A DNA stretch of 64,000 nt from Actinomycetota bacterium (lineage in GTDB: Bacteria; Actinomycetota; Nitriliruptoria; Nitriliruptorales; JAHWKO01): contig JAHWKW010000015.1 in assembly GCA_019347675.1 (NCBI GenBank), positions 17,655-81,654 on the forward strand, read 5' to 3'. A program made the translations under genes and the position numbers. The number at the start of each line of letters is the position of its first letter. Within the stretch, counting starts at the first letter, position 1. A model generated the notes under the pieces. The model was not told the DNA's origin. It did no database searches and saw only the letters and a list, made by a program, of their open reading frames with translations. Shown piece by piece: positions 17,155 to 24,256 of this stretch.

Positions 17155-18671
17155 GATGCGCCGCTCCTTCCGTCGTCCGTCGCGGTCGTCTCCGACCGTC
17201 CCGCGTCGACGGTCGTGTCCGCGCCCGCGTCGACGGTCGTGTTCGCGCCCGACCGTGTCACCTGAGACCGCCACCGCGCGACCCGGCGGGCGATCTGCGC
17301 CTCGTCGCCGTTCTCGGTCGGGCGGTACAGCACCTGACCCACCAACTCGTCGGGCAGGTACTGCTGCCCGACGTGGGCGCCAGCGTAATCGTGTGGGGAC
17401 CGGTACCCGACACCGTGACCGAGCCGGCGCGCGCCACGGTAGTGCGCGTCACGCAGGTGTGGGGGCACTGCGGCGTTCCCGGCCTCCGACACGGCAGCGT
17501 CCGCCGCCCCGAGCGCCTGCTTCACCGAGTCGGACTTGGGTGCGGTGGCCAGCGCGATCGCGGCGTGGACGAGGTTGAAGCGGGCCTCGGGAAGGCCGAC
17601 CCGGTCCAGCGCCTCGAACGCGGCGACTGCGAGGCCCAAGGCGTCACGGTCGGCCAATCCGACGTCCTCGCTGGCGAAGATGACCATGCGACGGGCGAGG
17701 AAGCGCGGATCCTCCCCGGCGTCGAGCATCCGCACCAGCCAGTACACGGCCGCGTCGGGGTCGCTGCCGCGCAGCGACTTGATGAACGCCGAGGTCTGGT
17801 CGTAGTGCTGGTCGCCGTCCTTGTCGTAGCGCAGCCGCTTGGAGGCGAGCGCAGCGACCACGTCGTCGAGCGTGACCGAGACCACCCCGTCAGAGGCGTC
17901 TCCGCTGGCGGCCTCAACGGCCGCCTCCAAGGTGACCAGCGCGACGCGGGCGTCACCGTCCGCCGCGGCCACCAGGTGGTGTCGTGCGTCCTCGCCGAGC
18001 GTCACCCGCCCGCCGTAGCCGCGATCGGGGTCGCTCACCGCCCGCCGCACGATGGTGCAGATCGCCTCGGCGTCGAGTGGCTCGAGGCGCACCAGCTGAC
18101 AGCGTGACAGCAGCGGGGCGGTCAGCTCGAAGAACGGGTTCTCGGTGGTGGCACCGACCAGCGTGAACCATCCGTGCTCCACCGCCGGGAGCAAGGCGTC
18201 CTGCTGGGCCTTGTTGAAGCGGTGGATCTCGTCGAGGAACAGCACGGTCCGCCGCCCCCGACCGTTGCGGGTCGCGGCTTGCAGCCGCGTGCGGGCCCGG
18301 TCGATCACCGCCCGGACGTCCTTCACGCCGGCGCTGACCGCCGACAGCTCCTCCCACGCCGCGTCGGTGGTCGCGGCGATCACCGCGGCCAGCGATGTCT
18401 TCCCGCTGCCGGGCGGACCCCACAGCACGACCGAACCCAGCTCGTCGCGTTCGAGGAGGGCCCGCAGCGTGGAGCCGGCACCCACCACGTGGTGCTGGCC
18501 GACGTACTCGTCGAGGGTCCGCGGACGCATGCGGGCGGCCAGTGGCGCCGACGCAGGCGGGAGCACGGTCGCCCGGCGCCGCTCCGGCGGGGCGTCGCGG
18601 TGCGGGGCGTCGTCGAACAGGCGGTCCATCGCACGCGACGGTACCGCCGAGCCCGCCGTCGGTGTCCCCAC
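17151..18671 (-). CDS. rarA: Replication-associated recombination protein A (AAA+ ATPase)
   Basis: WGPPGSGKTSLA, LFLDEIHRFNKAQQD and the MgsA C-terminal domain. The start could also be Met at 18629. Confidence 0.9.
   Translation of the reverse strand: MGTPTAGSAVPSRAMDRLFDDAPHRDAPPERRRATVLPPASAPLAARMRPRTLDEYVGQHHVVGAGSTLRALLERDELGSVVLWGPPGSGKTSLAAVIAATTDAAWEELSAVSAGVKDVRAVIDRARTRLQAATRNGRGRRTVLFLDEIHRFNKAQQDALLPAVEHGWFTLVGATTENPFFELTAPLLSRCQLVRLEPLDAEAICTIVRRAVSDPDRGYGGRVTLGEDARHHLVAAADGDARVALVTLEAAVEAASGDASDGVVSVTLDDVVAALASKRLRYDKDGDQHYDQTSAFIKSLRGSDPDAAVYWLVRMLDAGEDPRFLARRMVIFASEDVGLADRDALGLAVAAFEALDRVGLPEARFNLVHAAIALATAPKSDSVKQALGAADAAVSEAGNAAVPPHLRDAHYRGARRLGHGVGYRSPHDYAGAHVGQQYLPDELVGQVLYRPTENGDEAQIARRVARWRSQVTRSGANTTVDAGADTTVDAGRSETTATDDGRSGAS
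17202..17249. repeat. 24-bp in-frame tandem duplication in the rarA 3' tail
   Basis: CGCGTCGACGGTCGTGT(C/T)CGCGCC twice, encoding ...TTVDAGA / TTVDAGR... Confidence 0.75.
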
Positions 18672-18705
18672 CTATTCCCGCCGACGGGAACAAACCACAC
18701 GACGG
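18655..18705. repeat. Solo, diverged copy of the 61-bp repeat unit
   Basis: GTCGGTGTCCCCACCTATTCCCGCCGACGGGAACAAACCACACGAC aligns with the array unit at 19756-20046 in the same orientation. Confidence 0.65.
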
Positions 18706-18800
18706 CGCGTCGTCCCCGTCCGGCGCGTCCAGATGGATATCCCCAGCGGCCTCGCCGAGGCGCGTGACGGGCGGGGCGGGGAGCGTGAGGCTCGCGGCGA

Positions 18801-19751
18801 ATGGAGACGACTGCTTGGGCGGAGCTCTGCCGCATCAGCCGGCGGCAGTCGGGGCTGTTCCTGTACGCCCAGGCCGCTGCAGTCGGGGTTGACCAGAACG
18901 ATCTCTGCCGCAAGGTCGCCACCGGCCTGCTGGAGCGCTGGCACCGTTCGGTCTACGCGCTGGCCGGGACGCCGGATTCGTGGGAGCGACGGGCGTTGGC
19001 TGCCCAGCTCGTCAGCCGCCGCCGTGCCGTGCTGTCGCACCGTTCCGCCGGTTACCTGCATCGGCTGTGCGACCTGCAGCGCCCCGACTCGATCGAGCTG
19101 GTGGTCCCCAGAGGGACGAGGGTCACCGCGCGGGGAGCGCGGATCCACACCTCCACGTGGTTGCCCCGAACGGATCGGAGCTGGGCCGAACCCTTCCTGG
19201 TCACGTCGCTGGAGCGAACCATCTGCGATCTCGCCGGCGTGGTCGCTGCCTCCGCGCTGCGTCGGATCGTGTACGACGCGTGGCGACGCGGGCGGACGAC
19301 CCCGCAGGCCATCGACAGCTGTCTGGCGGCGCTCGGCCGGGTCCGGGGTGCCGCCCCGCTGAGGCAGGTCCTGCGCGAGGCTGAACCGGGCTTGGTACGG
19401 ACGCGCTCCGTTGCCGAGATCGACCTCTACTGCCTGCTGCATGACGCCGGCTTCCCGCCACCCAAGGTCAACTTCGAGCTCTTCGACGCGGTGGGGGTGC
19501 TGCGGTACATCCTCGACCTGGCCTACCCCGAGGTCCGGCTCGCGATCGAGGCGGACAGCCGGACCTTCCACGGCATCAGGCCCGACCGGCTCGCTGACGC
19601 GACGCGCCAACGAGAGCTGGAGGCCGAGGGATGGTCGTTCCTCCGCGTCACCACCGATCAGCTCCGGCGTGATCCCGCGGGGGTCGTGGCGCGGGTGCGC
19701 GCCGAGTTGATCCGGCTCGGCCATCCAGGTGCGCAGGGACGGTGTCGCTGA
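18801..19751 (+). CDS. DUF559 endonuclease-like protein with an AbiEi_4-type N-terminal wHTH
   Basis: 316 aa. The C-terminus ...YILDLAYPEVRLAIEADSRTFHG...RQRELEAEGWSFLRVT is the DUF559/Vsr-like fold signature. One of the few plus-strand genes. Confidence 0.75.
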   Translation: METTAWAELCRISRRQSGLFLYAQAAAVGVDQNDLCRKVATGLLERWHRSVYALAGTPDSWERRALAAQLVSRRRAVLSHRSAGYLHRLCDLQRPDSIELVVPRGTRVTARGARIHTSTWLPRTDRSWAEPFLVTSLERTICDLAGVVAASALRRIVYDAWRRGRTTPQAIDSCLAALGRVRGAAPLRQVLREAEPGLVRTRSVAEIDLYCLLHDAGFPPPKVNFELFDAVGVLRYILDLAYPEVRLAIEADSRTFHGIRPDRLADATRQRELEAEGWSFLRVTTDQLRRDPAGVVARVRAELIRLGHPGAQGRCR

Positions 19752-19755
19752 GGTG

Positions 19756-20046
19756 TAGCCGCCTGGTCCCGCCGGCGGGAACAACTACCCATATCGACCA
19801 GGCAGCCACGTCGGTGTCCCACCCCGGTCCCGCGGACGGGAACAACTACCCACATCCACCAGGCACCCACGTCGGTGTCCCACCCCGGTCCCGCCGGCGG
19901 GAACAACTACCCACATCCACCAGGCACCCACGTCGGTGTCCCACCCCGGTCCCGCCGGCGGGAACAACTACCCACATCCACCAGGCACCCACGTCGCTGT
20001 CCCACCCCGGTCCCGCCGGCGGGAACAACTACCCACATCCACCAGT
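19756..20046. repeat. Tandem array of about 4.7 copies of a 61-bp unit containing a 14-bp palindrome
   Basis: Palindrome TCCCGCCGGCGGGA (one copy TCCCGCGGACGGGA) begins at 19767, 19828, 19889, 19950 and 20011, an exact 61-bp phase. Unit: GGTCCCGCCGGCGGGAACAACTACCCACATCCACCAGGCACCCACGTCGGTGTCCCACCCC. Confidence 0.9.
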
Positions 20047-20056
20047 GTCGAGCGGG

Positions 20057-22093
20057 TCAGCTGGGCGGACTGACCTGGCGCTTGGGGCGTGGGGCGACCT
20101 GCAGGCCGAGCTCGGTCAGCGACACCTGCTCGTAGGGCGCCGGGGCGTCCGTGAGCGGATCCCAGCCGGACTGCGTCTTGGGGAACGCGATCACGTCACG
20201 GATGTGGTCGCGACCGGTGAGCAGCATCACCACACGGTCCAGACCGAACGCGATGCCCCCGTGCGGGGGCACGCCGTACGACAGACCACGGAGCAGGAAC
20301 CCGAACTTCGTCTCGGCCTCCTCGTCAGCGATGCCGAGGAACCGGAACACCCGGCGCTGCAGCTCGGCGTCGTGGATCCGCATCGACCCGCCGCCGAGCT
20401 CGTAGCCGTTGAGCACCAGGTCGTACGCCTGGGCGGTGGCGCGCCCCGGATCGTCCTCGAACGCCTCGACCCACTCGGGGGTCGGGGCGGTGAACGGGTG
20501 GTGCGTCGGGGTCCACCTGCCGTCCTCGCCCCGTTCGAACAGGGGCGGTCGGACGATCCACAGGAACTCCCACCCGCCTTCGGCCACGACGTGGCGGTCG
20601 CGGGCGAGCGCGACCCGCAACGCCCCCATCAGTTCCCGTACCCACGGATCGGGGCCGGCGCCGATGAACACGGCATCACCCGGCTGCGCCCCGGTCTCGC
20701 GCTCGAGCCCGGAGATCTCCTCGTCGGACATGAACTTCGCCAGCGGAGAACGCAGCGCCCCGTCGGCCTCGACCACCGCCCAAGCCAGCCCTCCGGCGCC
20801 CCGCCGCTTGGCCCATTCGATCCACTCGTCGAACTCCCTCCGCGACAGCTGTCCACCCTCGGAGACGGTCACGGCGACCAGCGCCCCCCCAGCCTCCAGC
20901 ACGCCGCGGAACACACCGACCTGGGTGGCGGCGAACACGTCGCTCAGGTCGGCCAGCTCCATCTCGAAGCGCAGATCCGGCTTGTCGGTGCCGTACCGGC
21001 GCATCGCCTCGGCGTGGTGGATCCGCGGGAACGGAGTGGCGATGTCCTCCCCGGCGACCTCTCGCCAGACCTCGGCGAACAGCTCCTCGCTGAGGGCGAT
21101 CACGTCCTCCTCGTCACCGAAGGACAGTTCGACATCCAGCTGGGTGAACTCCGGTTGACGGTCGGCGCGCAGATCCTCGTCACGGAAGCAGCGCACGATC
21201 TGGTAGTAGCGTTCGATGCCGGCCACCTGCAGCAACTGCTTGAACAGCTGCGGTGACTGCGGCAAGGCGTAGGTATGGCCCGGTTGCAGCCGCGACGGGA
21301 CCAGGAAGTCGCGAGCACCCTCGGGGGTTGCGCGGGTCAGCATCGGCGTCTCGACCTCGACGAAGCCGTGCCGTTCCATCACCTGCCGGATCGTCGAGTT
21401 CGTCTCCGCCCGTCGCCGGAGGATCAGCTGCATCTGGGGCCTGCGCAGATCGACGTAGCGGTGCTTGAGCCGCAGTGTCTCGTCGACCTCGATGTCGTCC
21501 TCGACGGGGAACGGCGGGGTCTCCGACGGGGCGAGGACGCCGAGCTCGTCGGCGTGGACCTCGATCTGGCCGGTCACCAGGTCGGGGTTCTCCATGCCAG
21601 AGGGGCGACGCCGAACCTGCCCGGTGACCAACAGGACATCCTGTGACCGCACGCGGTGGGCCGCCTGCAGCGACGACCGACCCGCCGTGGCCTCACCGTC
21701 CCCGGCCGCCGCCGCAGTATCCCCCGCGGGGGCCTCACCCGCCGCCGACCCATCCACGGGCGCCTCACCGTCCCCGGCCGCCGCCGTGGTATCCCCCGCG
21801 GGGGCCTCACCCGCCGCCGATCCATCCACGGGCGCCGCACCGTCCCCGGCCGGTGACGTGGTCCCCCCTGCGGGGACCTCACGCGCCGCCGATCGCTCCT
21901 GGTGGGCCGCGCCGCTCTGCGGGTCGACCACCACCTGCACCGTCCCGCTGCGATCGCGTAGATCGATGAACACCACGCCTCCGTGGTCGCGACGGGTGTC
22001 GACCCATCCCGCGACCGTGACCTTCTCGCCGTCGTGATCGGCGCGGAGCGTCCCGGCGCCGTGTGTGCGCATCGCGCCGTACGGCGTGATCAC
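20057..22093 (-). CDS. aspS: Aspartate--tRNA ligase with an about 80-aa low-complexity insertion
   Basis: 678 aa. OB-fold N-terminus (VTVAGWVDTRRDHGGVVFIDLRD) and class II motifs (FRDEDLRADRQPEFTQLD, GGGSMRIH, ...GIAFGLDR). Confidence 0.95.
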   Translation of the reverse strand: MITPYGAMRTHGAGTLRADHDGEKVTVAGWVDTRRDHGGVVFIDLRDRSGTVQVVVDPQSGAAHQERSAAREVPAGGTTSPAGDGAAPVDGSAAGEAPAGDTTAAAGDGEAPVDGSAAGEAPAGDTAAAAGDGEATAGRSSLQAAHRVRSQDVLLVTGQVRRRPSGMENPDLVTGQIEVHADELGVLAPSETPPFPVEDDIEVDETLRLKHRYVDLRRPQMQLILRRRAETNSTIRQVMERHGFVEVETPMLTRATPEGARDFLVPSRLQPGHTYALPQSPQLFKQLLQVAGIERYYQIVRCFRDEDLRADRQPEFTQLDVELSFGDEEDVIALSEELFAEVWREVAGEDIATPFPRIHHAEAMRRYGTDKPDLRFEMELADLSDVFAATQVGVFRGVLEAGGALVAVTVSEGGQLSRREFDEWIEWAKRRGAGGLAWAVVEADGALRSPLAKFMSDEEISGLERETGAQPGDAVFIGAGPDPWVRELMGALRVALARDRHVVAEGGWEFLWIVRPPLFERGEDGRWTPTHHPFTAPTPEWVEAFEDDPGRATAQAYDLVLNGYELGGGSMRIHDAELQRRVFRFLGIADEEAETKFGFLLRGLSYGVPPHGGIAFGLDRVVMLLTGRDHIRDVIAFPKTQSGWDPLTDAPAPYEQVSLTELGLQVAPRPKRQVSPPS
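21691..21890. repeat. 72-bp in-frame tandem repeat (about 2.7 copies) inside aspS
   Basis: CCTCACCGTCCCCGGCCGCC... recurs at 21691 and 21763. It encodes APVDGSAAGEAPAGDTTAAAGDGE units. Confidence 0.8.
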
Positions 22094-23424
22094 CGAGCCA
22101 CCTCCTGCGCGCGCTGGTCCGCGCCGAGCCGTTCGCTCAGATGGTCGACCAGACCGTCCACCCCGACCGTGACCTGCTCACCGGTGACCAGGTCCTTGAC
22201 GGAAGCGGTCCCGGCGGCCTGCTCGTCGCTGCCACGCAGCACGCAGTAGCGGATGCCGCGCCGGTCGGCGTAGCGCAGCTGCTTCCCGATCCGACCGGAC
22301 CCCACGTACAGGTCGGTCGCGAGACCGCCGGCCCGAAGCCGCCCCGCCGTGGCGACCGCGTCCGCGCGGTCGCCAGCACCGAAGACCGTCACCAGCACGT
22401 CGGGCGCGTGGCCCGTGGCGTCGCGGCCGTCCAACAGCAGCAGGACCCGTTCCAGGCCGATCGAGCACCCGCAGGCCGGGATCTCGCGGTTGGTGAACAT
22501 CCCGACCAGCTGGTCGTAGCGACCGCCGGCCGCGATGCTCCCCGGCACGCCGTCAGCCACGAACTCGAAGATCGGGCCGGTGTAGTACGACAGCCCGCGC
22601 GCCAGGAGCGGCTGGTGGCGGACCCGTCCCGCGGTCAGGTTGGGCTCGACCAGGGCCAAGACCTCGCCGATCTCGGCGCGCCCCGCCTGGCCACGGTCGG
22701 TCGTCGCCGCCTGGGCGGCGAGCCGCTGCGCGGCGTCGGGTTCGCGCAGGTCGGCGGCGAGCCGCTTGACCGCATCGTCGGGGATGCCACGGTCGCGCAG
22801 CTCGCGCTCCACCCCATCCGCGCCGACCTTGTCGAGTTTGTCGAGGGCGACCAGGGCGGTGTCCTCCAGTTCGACCGGGATGCCGTACGCCTCGATCAAC
22901 CCGCGCAGGGCGTGGCGGGAGTTCACCTGCACCTCGAAGCGGTCGAGGCCCAGCGCGGCGAGCGCCTCGGCGACGGTCAGGATCACCTCCGCGTCGGCGA
23001 GCCGCGAGTCGCTGCCGACGACGTCGATGTCGCACTGGACGAACTCGCGGTAGCGGCCGCGGCCGGGCCGGTCGGCGCGCCACACCGGCGCGATGTGGTA
23101 GCGCTTGTACGGCTCGACGATCTGGTCGGAGTGCTGGGCGACCACCCTGGCCAGCGGAACGGTCAGGTCGTAGCGCAGCGCCAGATCGGCCTCGCCGGTG
23201 TCCTCGTGCTCGCCGCGGCGGAGGATCTTGAAGATCAGCTGGTCGCCCTCCTCGCCGTATTTGCCCAGCAGCACGTCGAGCCGCTCGAACGCGGGCGTGT
23301 CGAGCGGTTCGAAGCCGTGCCGGGCGAACACGCGACGGACGGTGGCGAAGGCACGTTCGCGCCGGGTGAGCTCCGCGGCGAGGAAATCGCGTGTCCCGGA
23401 CGGCGGGTTGGTGTCGGTCGACAT
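22090..23424 (-). CDS. hisS: Histidine--tRNA ligase
   Basis: 444 aa. PSGTRDFL, ...YHIAPVWRADRPGRGRYREFVQCD... and GGRYD motifs. Confidence 0.95.
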   Translation of the reverse strand: MSTDTNPPSGTRDFLAAELTRRERAFATVRRVFARHGFEPLDTPAFERLDVLLGKYGEEGDQLIFKILRRGEHEDTGEADLALRYDLTVPLARVVAQHSDQIVEPYKRYHIAPVWRADRPGRGRYREFVQCDIDVVGSDSRLADAEVILTVAEALAALGLDRFEVQVNSRHALRGLIEAYGIPVELEDTALVALDKLDKVGADGVERELRDRGIPDDAVKRLAADLREPDAAQRLAAQAATTDRGQAGRAEIGEVLALVEPNLTAGRVRHQPLLARGLSYYTGPIFEFVADGVPGSIAAGGRYDQLVGMFTNREIPACGCSIGLERVLLLLDGRDATGHAPDVLVTVFGAGDRADAVATAGRLRAGGLATDLYVGSGRIGKQLRYADRRGIRYCVLRGSDEQAAGTASVKDLVTGEQVTVGVDGLVDHLSERLGADQRAQEVAR

Positions 23425-23514
23425 CGCATGCGACCGTACCGGCTCGGTGTGCCGGCTCCGCCCGTGCAGCGTGTCGTCCGCGAGTCCGGCGACCTTCCGG
23501 GACCCGCCGTCCCA

Positions 23515-24255
23515 TCAACGGCCGCTGACGACCTCGGCCAGGAACGGGTTGCTGTCGCGCTCCCGCTCGACGGTCGTGGCGGGCCCGTGACCGGGCAGGA
23601 CCACGCCGTCGTCCAGCGGGACCACAACGCGCGCCAGCGACTCCATCTGCTCCTCCCACGAGCCGCGCGGGAAATCCGTCCGCCCCACCGACCCGCGGAA
23701 CAGCAGGTCGCCTGAGACGAGGATCCCCGACCGGGCGACGTCGACCGGCTCGTCGAGGTGGACCTGCGCCCCGCTCAGCCCGGCGGCGAGGAAGGTGACG
23801 TGTCCGGGGGTGTGGCCGGGGGTGTGGTTGGCGCGGATCTCGATGCCGGCGAACGTCAGCCGCTGGTCGTCGGACAGGTCCTGTACGCGCTCGGTGGGGG
23901 GCTGCCACGGGGCGCCGAGGAACTGCGCGGCGTCGTCGGGTGAGATGTCCATCCCGAACCCGGAGAATGGGTCGTCCCACAGCCAGCGGTCGCCGGGGTG
24001 GAGGAACACCGGCACGTCGAGCTCCTCGGCCAGGGCCGGGACGGCCCACAGGTGGTCGAGGTGACCGTGGGTGAGCAGGATCGCCTCGCAGGTCGCGCCG
24101 TGCTCGTCGAGCACGCGCGGCACTTCCGTGGCGCCGTTCTCGCCGGGGTCCACGACGAACGCCGCGGCCCGTCCGCGGTCGCCGATCACGTAGCAGTTGG
24201 TCTGCCAGCGCCCGAGGCTGACGCCGGTCACGAAGCGGTCGCGCTCGTCGGTCAC
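23515..24255 (-). CDS. MBL-fold metallo-hydrolase (glyoxalase II-like)
   Basis: 246 aa. THGHLDHLWAV metal motif, HTPGHTPGH. Confidence 0.8.
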   Translation of the reverse strand: MTDERDRFVTGVSLGRWQTNCYVIGDRGRAAAFVVDPGENGATEVPRVLDEHGATCEAILLTHGHLDHLWAVPALAEELDVPVFLHPGDRWLWDDPFSGFGMDISPDDAAQFLGAPWQPPTERVQDLSDDQRLTFAGIEIRANHTPGHTPGHVTFLAAGLSGAQVHLDEPVDVARSGILVSGDLLFRGSVGRTDFPRGSWEEQMESLARVVVPLDDGVVLPGHGPATTVERERDSNPFLAEVVSGR

Positions 24256-24256
24256 G

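Noticed and set aside
19648-20028. A series of similar small minus-strand ORFs (MFPPAGPGWDTDVGAWWMWVVVPAGG...) across the 61-bp array, plus the idea that the array is a CRISPR.
   Set aside because: The ORFs are produced by the repeat itself. The 61-bp period is not a multiple of 3, so the frame is not preserved. There are no unique spacers between repeats and no cas genes, so it is not a CRISPR.
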